Shown: piece by piece, positions 9,306 to 19,469 of the stretch
Position numbering within the stretch: position 1 is the stretch's first letter
Layout: the number at the start of each line of letters is the position of its first letter
IMG/VR virus record: IMGVR_UViG_3300045978_000284
Span: 44,432 to 108,431 of that record
Length of the DNA: 64,000 bases
From: a virus
Strand: one strand, 5' to 3'
The notes under the pieces: model-generated
Seen by the model: the letters and a program-made list of their open reading frames with translations, nothing else
What the model was told of the DNA's origin: nothing
Database searches by the model: none
Made by a program: the position numbers and the translations under genes

Positions 9306-9971
9306 GTGAGTGATACGACGAACGGACTGCCGCCCGGCGCGGTCGTCCTCACCGAGGAGATGTTCGACAAGACCTGGCACGAGTGGGTCCGCCTGCCAGG
9401 CCTGAGCGCGCGCGTGTCCAGGATGACCACCACCCAGCTGCTGCTGCGCGGGTTCCTGCGACCGCCGCGCGAGTGGGACCCGGTCGAGGTCGAGCGCGTG
9501 AAGGTGCTCGCCCTGGCCGCCCGACCGCCGATCGAGGAGGGCGCCGAGACCGAACCGGTGGAGGAGAACGAGCTGCTGGAGGCTCGCGCCCAGGAGCTCC
9601 GCCGGGACGGCGTGCACGTCGAGATCGGCATGGTGGGCTTTGCCGAGGTCGTGTCCTTCCAGCCCGTGATCCCGGGCTCCGAGGCGTGGCCGCCAGAGCA
9701 TCGCCAGCAGCTGGCCGGCCAGTGGTTTCAGGCCCAGCCGCCCGAGGTCCAGGAGGCCCATCTGGAGGCACTCCTGCAGGCGCAGTACCGGATGGTGTCG
9801 GCGGGACTCCTGACGCCGCAACTCCGGCCCGACCAGGTGGTGCGCTACAAGGACGACGCGTTCTACCTCGCAGCGCGGATCGCCGACCTGTCGGGGGTGG
9901 GGTTCGGGGCTCCCGCGGCCGAGCCCGCCGCGCCGGCCCCCGACCCTGGACGAGACGCCCCGGACGCCTGA
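9306..9971 (+). CDS. Tail assembly chaperone (gpG-like)
   Basis: GGAGG SD, GTG start; between tube and tape measure. Confidence 0.6.
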   Translation: MSDTTNGLPPGAVVLTEEMFDKTWHEWVRLPGLSARVSRMTTTQLLLRGFLRPPREWDPVEVERVKVLALAARPPIEEGAETEPVEENELLEARAQELRRDGVHVEIGMVGFAEVVSFQPVIPGSEAWPPEHRQQLAGQWFQAQPPEVQEAHLEALLQAQYRMVSAGLLTPQLRPDQVVRYKDDAFYLAARIADLSGVGFGAPAAEPAAPAPDPGRDAPDA

Positions 9972-10020
9972 CGGCTGGTACGAGCTGCCCTTCCGGTCGC
10001 GCCGGTTCGGGCAGCCCGTC

Positions 10021-10482
10021 ATGGTCCGTCTCCGCGAGGTCTCCGTCGACGAGCTGCTCGAGGCGGGGATGCCGGACCAGGTGTGCGATCCCTACGGGGT
10101 GACCTACCGGGCCATGGATGCCGACGAGCAGGTGGCGCTGCGCCTGTCCTGGGAGCACTGGATGAACCGGCTCCTGGCCACCGCCATCGAGGAACCCGCT
10201 TTCCTGCGCGACGAGCGGAAGATCAACCTGATGGGCCCGGACCGGGATCGGGTCGGCTACGCGATGCTGCGCCGCTGGGGGATCCTCTCGGACACGCCCG
10301 GGCGGCTCGATACGACGATGAAGCGCCGCCACTTCCTCGGCATGGTGCAGCGGTTCTCGCTCCGGATGCGCATGCTCCCGACGGACGTGCTCGCCATGCC
10401 GGCCAGCAAGTTCTGGCGAAACTACCTGATCCTGTTCGGCGACTTCGGGTCTCCCGACGAGGAGGTGATGCGCGGTGCCTGA
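10021..10482 (+). CDS. Tail assembly chaperone gpT-like portion (possibly reached by frameshift)
   Basis: Immediately before tape measure; C-terminal 'MLPTDVLAMPASKF' resembles gpT ends; frame open from 9814; no SD at 10021. Confidence 0.55.
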   Translation: MVRLREVSVDELLEAGMPDQVCDPYGVTYRAMDADEQVALRLSWEHWMNRLLATAIEEPAFLRDERKINLMGPDRDRVGYAMLRRWGILSDTPGRLDTTMKRRHFLGMVQRFSLRMRMLPTDVLAMPASKFWRNYLILFGDFGSPDEEVMRGA

Positions 10483-13400
10483 CGAACGGCTGATGTACGA
10501 GGTGCAGGCCACCTGGCGGGACAACGCCACCCAGGGCATCCGCGAGTTCCAGCAGCAGCTCGCCACCACGACGAAGAACACCGTCGACTGGATGGCGACG
10601 ACGCGAGATGCCATCCCGATCGCCGGGCAGCTCCAGCAGCGATGGAACGAGGTCGCGCTGGCGATGCGCAACGTGGCGCCGTCGATCGCCCAGACCATGA
10701 CCAACCTGACGTCGCTGCACGGCGTCATCCAGCTGGGGGCCCGGCTGATCACAGACCGGATCACCGCGACCAACAAGGCCGCGGAGAGCCAGGCTCAGTG
10801 GAACATCTCGATTCGCAGCATGACGATGGACGCGTTCGAGGCGGAGCTGGCCTCGGCCAACCGCTCACTCGAAGAGTTCACGGTCCGCAGCGAGAGCTTC
10901 CTCGGGCGCCTGGTCAACGCCTGGACCGATGCCAAGAAAAAGTTCCAGGAAGGCCAGACGACCCGCGAACAGTTCCAGGCCGCCCAGCAACAGTTCAACG
11001 AAGCGTTTACCCTACGCGAGCTACCGCAGCTGCAGATCCGCGACCAGCTGGAGATGCTCGCCATCCAGCGACGCATGGCCGAGGCCAAGCGGGACGCATC
11101 CCGGACCGAGCAGGAAGCCGCCCAGCACGAGCGGGAGCGCGTGCTCATCATGCGCCAGCAGCGCGAGCTGCAGCTCGAGCTGGAGCGGATCGAGCTGCGC
11201 CGCCAGATCGCCGCCTCCCAGGCCATGGGGCAGACGGCCCGAGCAGAGTACTACCAGGGGCGCCTGGCTCGGGTGGACCAAGCGGGGGTCGCCGCCCAGC
11301 AGATCGAGGATCTCGAACGCCAGCCGCGACGCGGCACCGTGACGGGCACGGGCACGGTCAGCTTCCGGGAAGGCCGCCAGCTGATCGCGCCGGCGGTCGC
11401 CGCGCTGGCGCCCGAGTTTGCCGGCCCGGTCTTCCAGGGCGCCCAGGCCCTGCGCCTCGGCGGCTTCGTCGCGGCCTCGGGAGCGATGGGCGCCGGCATC
11501 GCCCTCGGTGCGATCGGCGTCGGCGTGACGGCGCTCGCCGCGTACATGAACGCCGCGAACGAGGCGGCGCAGGCGCAGGCCGCGCTGAACCTCGCGGTCC
11601 GCTCCTTCGATGTGAGCGGGCTCCATTCCCAGCTGCGCTCGCTCCACGGGGACCTGGAGCTGATCGACGTCCGTGCGGAGTCGATCACCGGGCACTTCGT
11701 CAACATGAGCGCGGCGTTCTACAAGTTCCTGACCGGCATGCCCACGGAGCGCGAGCTGTTCGTCCAGCGCGCAGCCGCGCTGTCGGCGATTTTCGCCGAG
11801 ACCGAAGGAGCGGCCGCGACGGCGCGGGCCAACCAGGCGATCATCGGCGGCCAGCAGGCCGGCGTCGGGGCCCAGCTCGAGGAGGCCCGCTTCCGTCGTG
11901 GCCTGGCGGTGTCCCCGGGGGCGATCGCGGGAGCCGTCGGGGTGGAGCGCGGCCTCATGCAGCGCCAGACCGAGCTGGAGGTGCAGAGCCTCAACGAACA
12001 GCTGCGGGAGCTCGAAGCGCAGCGGCGCAGCCGCCTGAAGCCCATCGAGGATCTCATCCGTCGCTTCGAGAACATCCCGGGCGGCGACATGGGCGAGCGC
12101 GCCGGCCAGATGAGCCGCGACATCGAGGCGCGCCTCAGGTGGGAGATGCGCACCGGCTTCCGGGACCCCGCGCTCCCGCGATTGAGGGAAGAGCAGCAGA
12201 CCATGGCGCGGGCCGCCAGAGCGGGCGGGCTCGAACAGCTGCGCACATCGGCGGAGGAAGAGTTCGAGGGCCGGCGCCAGCAGCTCATCATGCAGCGCGC
12301 CGCCGTCGAAGAGCGCGGGGCGACGGCGCGGCGCGGGCTCGACATCGAGCTGCAGCTGGGCAATCTCCAGCGCATCCAGGAGGGTCTGCAAAGCATCATC
12401 TCGGCGCGCACGCTCCTGTCGCAAGGCACCATCGAGGGAGCCCGCTACGAGCGCGGCCGCGCCATCATCCCCCAGGACATCGAGCGCGCCGGGGCCATCG
12501 AACGCGCGGAGATCGTCCAGACGCTGGACCTCGAATCGTGGACGCTCAGGAATCAGCTCACCCAGCTCGACGAGGAGCGAAAACTCCGCGGCAGCGAACC
12601 CTACGGTCGCCGCGAGGCGCTCGAAACCCAGCTCGACGCCCTGGCCCGCCGCCGGCTGAACGTCCTGCAGCAGTTCGACGACCGCCTCCAGGCCGAGCGC
12701 CAGGCCATGATCGAGGCCATCCGGGTCCGGGAACAGCAAGGCGAGCTGCTGCTCGACTCCGCGCTCTACGGTGCGGTGAGCCCCCTGGCCCAGCAGCAAG
12801 CGGAGGAATACGGCCAGCGGATCATGGCCGGCCAGGAGCTGCAGCGCACCTACAACCTGCCGGCCATCATGGAGCAGCTGCAGGGGCGCATCCCGGAGGC
12901 CTTGCGCGAGCGCCTGGGGCGCGCCGCGCCGGCGATCGCCCCGATGGAGATCTCCCAGATCCAGCGCGAGATGGACTTTCGCGCCCAGCAGGAGCAGTAC
13001 CGCCTGGCGGGACGCGACCGCGAGATCCAGGCCCGTCAGGAGCAGTTCCAGGCGCTCTACCAGATGGGCCAGATCACACAGCCCGAGATGTCCCGCGCCG
13101 AGATCGCCGGCATGGCGGAGCAGGTCGACGTCCTCACCGACCGCATCCGCGAGCTGAACCGCCAGCGCGACGCGCTTGCCGACACCAGCCAGAACCAGGC
13201 CCAGCGGGAAGCGCTCGTGGAGGAGACGCGCAAGACCACCGCCGAGATCGAGCGGCTCTACCGGGACATGATCGTGTCGATCAAGGAAGTGGGGGACCAG
13301 GAGGACCCCTTCGCCGGCGTCATCAAGGGCCTCCAGGACGTGGCCTCCGGCGCCGAACAGTGGGGCACCCGGATGCGCTCGATCGTGCAGGGCACGGCGT

Positions 13401-16204
13401 CCGACCTGGGCGGCTTCATGTCGAACAGCTTCTTCACCGTGGTGGACGAGGGATTCAAGGGGCTCGGGCCGCTGGCCGAGCAGGCGGGGCGCGCCATCGT
13501 CACGCGCTTCCTCTCGGCATTCGCAGAGGCCCAGCTCTCGGATCTCGCCAAGATGTTCCTGGGCCAGGGAGCCGCCCGCGGCTTCCCGACGCTGACGAGC
13601 ATCGCCCCGTCGGGTGCCGCCGACGGCGGGGCTCCCACCACAGGCGGCATCCTCCCGGCGGCGGCGGCGATCGCGCCCTTCGTGTCGAGTGGTCCGATCG
13701 CGCATCCGGCCGAGCCCTCGAGGCCGACGGGTGTCAGCGTACCCGCTGCGGTCCCGGCCGTCCCGGCGGAGCCCGTCGAGATTCCGGAGCCCGTCGCGAT
13801 CCCCGCCGAACCCGCGGAGCCCGTCGAGATTCCGGAGCCCGTCGCGCTGCCCGCGCCGCCCATCGGCGTTGTCCAGCTTCCGCATCTTCTCGCGATTCCA
13901 GCCGATCCTCTGGCGCCCATCGACATCCCGGAGCCCATCGCCCTGCCCTCCGGCCCCCTGCTGCCGATCGAGATCCCGGAACCCATCGCGATTCCGTCGG
14001 ATCCGCTCGTGCCGATCGAGATCCCCGCGCCCATCGCGCTCCCGGCGGGCCCGCTCCTCCAGGTCGAGGTCCCGGAGCCGATTGCGCTCCCGGCGGAGCC
14101 GGTCGATCTGACCGCGATGCCATCCGTGGCCACGGTGGCGCCGCCGCTGCTGCCAGAGTTCGTGGCCTTGTCGCCCGCGCCGACCCAGACGCCGCTTGGG
14201 TTGGCGGGTCAGATTGGCCAGCTCGCCCGCATCCTCACGGGCGGCCTCGTGGGAGGTCAGCGCCAGCCGATCGCCGTCCCGCCTGACCTGATCAGCGCCT
14301 TGGTCCTGCCCGGAGCGGCCGTGCCAGGCGCGCAGGCCGTCTCCGGCCCCATGGAGCCGATGGGGCAAGGCTTCGCCTTCCCAGACGTCAGCCAGTACAG
14401 CTTCGGACTGGGCCGCGTCACGGCGCCACAGGTGGGGACCCCCGTCGTCCCTCGTGCACCGGCCACTGGGTTCTCGGGATTCGTCGAGGGGCTGGGAACG
14501 TCGGTGCGCGGGTTCCTCGGCACGCCGATCTCGCAGTTCTTCGGCGGCGGGACGTCCGCGGCCGCCCAGGCGCGGCAGCTCCAGAGCATGGACGCGTTCG
14601 CCACGTTCGACGAGATGGGCACGGCGATGCCCTCCCAGACACCTGGGTTCCAGTCCATGACGCGGTTCGGCGAGTTCGGCGAGATCACGCCTTCGGTGTC
14701 GGCCGCCGGCGCTGGGAGTGGCTTCGACCTGACCGCGGCGCTGCAGTCGCTGACCGTGGGCCAGGGGCTCGGCCTCGCGCTCTCCTCGGTGACCTTCGGT
14801 GTCGGCCTCTACTCGGCCTACCAGTCGGGATCGCCCCTGGCGGGCACGATCACGGGCGGGCTCTCTGGCGCGGCCCTGGGCGGCCAGCTGGCGGCCACGG
14901 GCCTCGTCCCGGTGGCCAGCTCGACGGCCGGCGCGATCGGGGCGGGCGTGGGCGCCGCGGCGGGGCTCGCGCTGGCGCTCGCCGGTCGGGCCAAGACGAA
15001 GCAGGAAAAGCGAACAGCTATCAACCGGACGCGGCGCATGGGGGCCTATGCCACGGGAGCCGCGCGCCTCGTCCGCCGTCTGGCGCAGGGGCTGGACGAG
15101 GCGGTCGACCGGGCGAACGAGGAGGTCCAGAACGCCGCGAAGAACGCCACCCTGGCGAAGCCGGTCGCGGTGCTCGACGAGTATCTACGGACGCACGTCG
15201 TCGGCGATCTGGGCGACCCCGGCTACACCATGACCAACGGGTGGAAGACCTTCGGCGGCACGATGAAGGGCATCACGGGCGAGATCCAGTACGGCCAGGC
15301 GATCGCTTTCAAGGACCCGCTGCCGAAGGGGTGGGGCATCCGCCCGGGCGGCCGCGTGATCGACCCGGACCCGAGGTTCGATGTCATCCTGCACGAGGCC
15401 GACCTCGGGGCCGGCACGCCCCCCACAGAGTTCTGGGGCTACGCGGACGCCGGCGACGTGGTCACGGTGCTGGCTGAATACGTCCGGGTGCGGGAGAGGT
15501 TTCAGGAGATGCAGGACCGACTCGACCTGGAAGCGGCGGGCGACCGCCTGACGGCAGCGGCGGAAGCGGCGGACGAACACGTGGCGGCCATGGCCAAGCT
15601 CGCCTATGGTCAGCCGCGCGCGGCGGCGATCTTCTTCGAGTCGCTCCGGGGCGGCCAGGTGGCCGGACTGCCCCTCGGCGGCGTGATCCGGAAGCTCGCC
15701 CAGCTCAACCTGGCCGGTCGCTTCGGGCAGGACTGGCCGGTCGATGCCGAGCTGCAGGGCCTCGCGGACGACGAGCGCCTGGGTCCCGCGGTGGATGTGC
15801 CGGACTCGTTCATCGCGGCGGACAATCTGGGGCGCCTCCGGTCGATCGTGGAGGGCGCCCGCCGCGGGCGCGAACAGCTGGACGAGGCAGACGCGGACCT
15901 GCGCGCCCAGTTCCAGGAAATCGGTGAAAAGGCCCCCATCGCCTATGATGAACGCTCGACCGTGGGGGGCGTGACCAGGCGGACGTACTTGCCGTTCCAG
16001 GCGCGGCCGGGCGGACCGGCCGACGACGTGTATGAAGCGCCCCGGGGCCAGCAGTTCCTCGTCAGCGGCCAGCAGCTCGGCTCGCTCGGACTCACGGACG
16101 ATCAGGTGTCGGATCTGATCAAGCACATCCGCGAAGTGGCAGGCCGCCGGGGCATGGTGATGGACCTCGGGTCAGATGATTTCATGATGACCGGCCTCGG
16201 CTGA
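10475..16204 (+). CDS. Tape measure protein
   Basis: 1909 aa, A/E/Q/R-rich helical composition, Gly-rich hydrophobic segments, position after chaperones. Confidence 0.85.
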   Translation: MPDERLMYEVQATWRDNATQGIREFQQQLATTTKNTVDWMATTRDAIPIAGQLQQRWNEVALAMRNVAPSIAQTMTNLTSLHGVIQLGARLITDRITATNKAAESQAQWNISIRSMTMDAFEAELASANRSLEEFTVRSESFLGRLVNAWTDAKKKFQEGQTTREQFQAAQQQFNEAFTLRELPQLQIRDQLEMLAIQRRMAEAKRDASRTEQEAAQHERERVLIMRQQRELQLELERIELRRQIAASQAMGQTARAEYYQGRLARVDQAGVAAQQIEDLERQPRRGTVTGTGTVSFREGRQLIAPAVAALAPEFAGPVFQGAQALRLGGFVAASGAMGAGIALGAIGVGVTALAAYMNAANEAAQAQAALNLAVRSFDVSGLHSQLRSLHGDLELIDVRAESITGHFVNMSAAFYKFLTGMPTERELFVQRAAALSAIFAETEGAAATARANQAIIGGQQAGVGAQLEEARFRRGLAVSPGAIAGAVGVERGLMQRQTELEVQSLNEQLRELEAQRRSRLKPIEDLIRRFENIPGGDMGERAGQMSRDIEARLRWEMRTGFRDPALPRLREEQQTMARAARAGGLEQLRTSAEEEFEGRRQQLIMQRAAVEERGATARRGLDIELQLGNLQRIQEGLQSIISARTLLSQGTIEGARYERGRAIIPQDIERAGAIERAEIVQTLDLESWTLRNQLTQLDEERKLRGSEPYGRREALETQLDALARRRLNVLQQFDDRLQAERQAMIEAIRVREQQGELLLDSALYGAVSPLAQQQAEEYGQRIMAGQELQRTYNLPAIMEQLQGRIPEALRERLGRAAPAIAPMEISQIQREMDFRAQQEQYRLAGRDREIQARQEQFQALYQMGQITQPEMSRAEIAGMAEQVDVLTDRIRELNRQRDALADTSQNQAQREALVEETRKTTAEIERLYRDMIVSIKEVGDQEDPFAGVIKGLQDVASGAEQWGTRMRSIVQGTASDLGGFMSNSFFTVVDEGFKGLGPLAEQAGRAIVTRFLSAFAEAQLSDLAKMFLGQGAARGFPTLTSIAPSGAADGGAPTTGGILPAAAAIAPFVSSGPIAHPAEPSRPTGVSVPAAVPAVPAEPVEIPEPVAIPAEPAEPVEIPEPVALPAPPIGVVQLPHLLAIPADPLAPIDIPEPIALPSGPLLPIEIPEPIAIPSDPLVPIEIPAPIALPAGPLLQVEVPEPIALPAEPVDLTAMPSVATVAPPLLPEFVALSPAPTQTPLGLAGQIGQLARILTGGLVGGQRQPIAVPPDLISALVLPGAAVPGAQAVSGPMEPMGQGFAFPDVSQYSFGLGRVTAPQVGTPVVPRAPATGFSGFVEGLGTSVRGFLGTPISQFFGGGTSAAAQARQLQSMDAFATFDEMGTAMPSQTPGFQSMTRFGEFGEITPSVSAAGAGSGFDLTAALQSLTVGQGLGLALSSVTFGVGLYSAYQSGSPLAGTITGGLSGAALGGQLAATGLVPVASSTAGAIGAGVGAAAGLALALAGRAKTKQEKRTAINRTRRMGAYATGAARLVRRLAQGLDEAVDRANEEVQNAAKNATLAKPVAVLDEYLRTHVVGDLGDPGYTMTNGWKTFGGTMKGITGEIQYGQAIAFKDPLPKGWGIRPGGRVIDPDPRFDVILHEADLGAGTPPTEFWGYADAGDVVTVLAEYVRVRERFQEMQDRLDLEAAGDRLTAAAEAADEHVAAMAKLAYGQPRAAAIFFESLRGGQVAGLPLGGVIRKLAQLNLAGRFGQDWPVDAELQGLADDERLGPAVDVPDSFIAADNLGRLRSIVEGARRGREQLDEADADLRAQFQEIGEKAPIAYDERSTVGGVTRRTYLPFQARPGGPADDVYEAPRGQQFLVSGQQLGSLGLTDDQVSDLIKHIREVAGRRGMVMDLGSDDFMMTGLG
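13760..14110 (+). repeat. About seven degenerate 16-aa proline-rich repeats inside the tape measure gene
   Basis: PAEPAEPVEIPEPVAL / PADPLAPIDIPEPIAL / PSGPLLPIEIPEPIAI / PSDPLVPIEIPAPIAL / PAGPLLQVEVPEPIAL. Confidence 0.85.
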
Positions 16205-18390
16205 TGCCGGTCGCCGACGTCGAGTACTTCGGGTTCGGCGCGGTCACGCCGGGGGGCACCGGCCAGTCGGAGTTCCACGTCACGAACCTCAATTCGAGCG
16301 GTCCGGGCTCGCTGCGCGATGCGGTGTCGGCGAGCAACCGCTTCATCGTCTTCGACGTCGCGGGCGAGATCCCGGTGCTCTCGGGTCCCGGGGAGAACGA
16401 GATCCGGGTCCTGGGCGACCACATCACCATCGCGGGCGAGACCGCGCCCCAGCCTGGCATCACTATCACCGGGCGCGGCATCATCATGCGCGGTGACCTC
16501 GGAGCCCACGACGTGATCTGTCGCTACCTGCGGATCCGGAACGTCCTGTTCGACTGCATGCAGCTCTTCCGGGGGGCGTACAACATCGTCCTGGACCATC
16601 TCTCGCTCCGGCGCGCGGACGACGGCGCGTGCGACATCTCCGGGGACGCTCAGAGCAACGACCCGTCCAGGACCACCTACAACGTCACCCTGAGCAACTG
16701 CTTCCTGCACACCGGGTCGACCAGCAACAAGACCCAGCTCATCGGCTACCGGTCCAAGCGGATCTCGGTCTGGCGCAACCTCTACCGCGGCAACCAGCGG
16801 AACCCCCAGTACAAGTGGAACCCCACGGACTCGGAGTTTCTCGAGGACCCCCAGGTCGTCATGGGACCTCCGCCGGACGATACCTGCCTCGACTTCCGGA
16901 ACAACCTGATCTGGGAGTGGGTGACGCAGGGCAGCTGGCTGCACCACGAGGGGCTCGGCAACTTCGTCGGCAACTACTACAGCGCGCCCAGCCGACCCAA
17001 GAGCGACCAGGTGCACGCCCTGACCATCGGGGACCCCGACCTCATCACCGGCACGGCGACGGATCGCCGCGAGGGGTTTGCCTTCTGCTATGAGAACTTC
17101 TCGGCGGACAACCTCAGCTTCGAGCTCGACTCCCGCGGGAACAAGGCCACCCCGTACCCCACGACAGAGCTCCCGATCCTGGATCCCTGGGCCTCCGCGT
17201 CCCTGGTACGCCAGTCCGCTGGCGTGGTGCCCGTCTTTCCCCGCGATGCCGAGGAGCAGGCCATCGTCGATTCGATCGTCCTGCAGGGGCGCCCGCGCCA
17301 GCCGGTCGTCCAGATCATCCCGACCTTCGCGGCGAGCCGGGCCCGGTGGAACGGCATCACGTTCGATCTCCCGGAGCGCACGGTGGAGGCCGCGCCGGCG
17401 ATCACGGCCATCCGGGGCGTCAACGCGCTGCAGAGCGGGCATCGCGAGTACCTCTTCTCGCGTTACGACTACACGGCGCGCGTCGATCTCCTGCTGGAGA
17501 GCCCGGAGTACCAGGCGTTCCGGATGTTCTGGGAGCAGACGGCCGGACCCGGGGGCGCGTTCGAGTTCTGGCTCGATCGCTGGGTGGGCAGCGCGTGGAG
17601 CTTCGAGCGCACGCTGGCGGACCAGAACGGCCTGGTGCTGACCATGCGGAATGCCCCCAGCCGGATCCCCTACGCCGAGGTGGGCGAGGGGCGAGGCGTG
17701 GTCCTGAGCGGCAACCGAGACCTGAGCGTCTTCACGGCCCAGGCCTCTGCGCCACAGCCCACGAACTACGACGACCCGTTCGATTATCGCGAGGGCATCG
17801 TGGCGGTGCGCGTGCGACCGGCCTTCGCGGCAATGGACAGCTCCACGCGGGTCTTCGTGGACACCGAGGAGAGCCTGTCGCCGCCCGGTTCGAACCGGCT
17901 CCTGCTCTGGAAGACCGCGGACAACCACGTGCGCTTCGATGTCTGGGACGGCACAGGCCTGAACCGCCGCGTGTACCACGTCCTCACGCCCGGCGTGGAT
18001 ACGTGGGAGGCCGGCCAGGGGCTCGAGCTGGTGGCGCGCTGGGGCGCGGACGGTACCCTGACGGCGTGGTACGCGGTGGATGCCGGCACGTTCATCAAGA
18101 TGGAGCAGCTGGACGTGACGGGGAACGGCTTGATGTCGGCGCTCCCGCCACGACTCCTGATCGGGGCCCGCAACGACCAGAGCGGTCGCGCGGCCGGGAC
18201 CTACGAGAGCGTCACGTTCTGGAAGCGCGCCTGGTCGGGGGACACGCCGTGGCGCCTGTTCGCGGCGCGCCGCCCCGTGTGGCGCAACTACTACGGCCGC
18301 GGTGAGCTGCTCTCGGCGGAGTTCGAGCCCGACCGTCCCGTGCTCAGCCGCCACCTCTGGCGCGTGACCGTCAACCTGCGCTCGGTATGA
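16204..18390 (+). CDS. Tail protein: PL1 pectate-lyase-like beta-helix fused to a distal-tail-like/LamG-like region
   Basis: 'GFGAVTPGG...VTNLNSSGPGSLRDAV...RFIVFDVAGEI...ITIAGETAP', 'IVLDH', 'DDGACD', 'RNP' match PL1 motifs; C-terminal half is homologous to the next gene. Confidence 0.75.
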   Translation: MPVADVEYFGFGAVTPGGTGQSEFHVTNLNSSGPGSLRDAVSASNRFIVFDVAGEIPVLSGPGENEIRVLGDHITIAGETAPQPGITITGRGIIMRGDLGAHDVICRYLRIRNVLFDCMQLFRGAYNIVLDHLSLRRADDGACDISGDAQSNDPSRTTYNVTLSNCFLHTGSTSNKTQLIGYRSKRISVWRNLYRGNQRNPQYKWNPTDSEFLEDPQVVMGPPPDDTCLDFRNNLIWEWVTQGSWLHHEGLGNFVGNYYSAPSRPKSDQVHALTIGDPDLITGTATDRREGFAFCYENFSADNLSFELDSRGNKATPYPTTELPILDPWASASLVRQSAGVVPVFPRDAEEQAIVDSIVLQGRPRQPVVQIIPTFAASRARWNGITFDLPERTVEAAPAITAIRGVNALQSGHREYLFSRYDYTARVDLLLESPEYQAFRMFWEQTAGPGGAFEFWLDRWVGSAWSFERTLADQNGLVLTMRNAPSRIPYAEVGEGRGVVLSGNRDLSVFTAQASAPQPTNYDDPFDYREGIVAVRVRPAFAAMDSSTRVFVDTEESLSPPGSNRLLLWKTADNHVRFDVWDGTGLNRRVYHVLTPGVDTWEAGQGLELVARWGADGTLTAWYAVDAGTFIKMEQLDVTGNGLMSALPPRLLIGARNDQSGRAAGTYESVTFWKRAWSGDTPWRLFAARRPVWRNYYGRGELLSAEFEPDRPVLSRHLWRVTVNLRSV

Positions 18391-19469
18391 TTCTCCCGTT
18401 CCAGCCGACCTTCTCGTACCCGCGGATCCGCTGGACGCCCCAGGGGACCTCGACGGCGATCCTGCTCGATCTCGCCGAACAGGCCACGGAGCACTCGGCG
18501 AGCACGACCTCCCAGCGATCGACCAACATCGTCCAGGGCGGCAAGGGGGAGTACCTCTTCGCGCGGAATGAAGAGATCCAGCGCGTGGCCTTCTTCTTCG
18601 AGGATGCGGACTACATGGCCCTGCGCACATTCTTCGAGACCCATGGCGGTCTGGGGCGGCCCTTCGAGCTGTGGGTGGACCGCTATCAGGGCAGCGTCTG
18701 GCACTTCGAGTGGAGCCTGGCGGACCAGAACGGCCTCACCTGGTCGCCCGTCGGATTCACGCCGAGCGTGGCGTCCTACGAGTGGGCGTTCCGGGGCCGC
18801 GGCATTCGGCTGGCCACCTCGCAGTACCTCACGATGAACTCCGTCCAGTCGACCGCCACACCGAACCGGACGGGCTATGACGATCCCCTGATCAAAGAAG
18901 AGGGCATCGTCGTGGTCGACTGCAAGCCCTCATTCCCGTCCGGGGACGGTGTCCAGCACTCGTTCTTCCAGGCCTACACCAGCCCGGACACTGGGAAGAA
19001 CGCGATCTATTTCTTCAAGGACACGAGCAATTTCCTGAACTGGTATTTCTTCGACGCAGCCGGCGTCGACAAGCGCCGCTTTGCCGCGGCCGTGTGGAAT
19101 ACCAACGAACGGCTGACGCTCGTCGGACGCTGGACCGCAACGGGCGATCTCTCGGCCTGGTTCTCGGTCAACGGGGCGTCGTTCCAGGAGTTCACGGGCG
19201 CGGCCGGAGCGGGCACGGGGATCCTGTCGACGCAGCCGGCGACCCTCGACGTCGGCGGCACGGCCGAGGGCCTCTATGACTCGCTGGCGATCTTCAAGTT
19301 CGCCTGGCCCAACGATGCGCCGTACCGGGTCCTGGCCAACCACTTCCCGGCGTACCGCAACTACTGGCCCTATGCCGAGCTGGTGACTAACGAGTTCAAC
19401 CCGCAGCGCGTGTACAAGACGCGGCACCTGTGGTCCTGGTCGCCGCTCATCCGCAACGGCGCGGCCTGA
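18387..19469 (+). CDS. Distal-tail-like protein with LamG/ConA-like insertion (paralog of preceding C-terminal half)
   Basis: Shares GKGEYLFAR/GHREYLFSR, FELWVDRY/FEFWLDRW, LADQNGL, YDDP, RNY with 16204-18390. Confidence 0.65.
   Translation: MILPFQPTFSYPRIRWTPQGTSTAILLDLAEQATEHSASTTSQRSTNIVQGGKGEYLFARNEEIQRVAFFFEDADYMALRTFFETHGGLGRPFELWVDRYQGSVWHFEWSLADQNGLTWSPVGFTPSVASYEWAFRGRGIRLATSQYLTMNSVQSTATPNRTGYDDPLIKEEGIVVVDCKPSFPSGDGVQHSFFQAYTSPDTGKNAIYFFKDTSNFLNWYFFDAAGVDKRRFAAAVWNTNERLTLVGRWTATGDLSAWFSVNGASFQEFTGAAGAGTGILSTQPATLDVGGTAEGLYDSLAIFKFAWPNDAPYRVLANHFPAYRNYWPYAELVTNEFNPQRVYKTRHLWSWSPLIRNGAA

Noticed and set aside
11021-18630. Very long minus-strand and alternate-frame ORFs (e.g. 11021-14368, 10642-14286, 16102-18630)
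   Set aside because: They are shadows of high-GC3 plus-strand genes, with biased composition and no recognisable motifs
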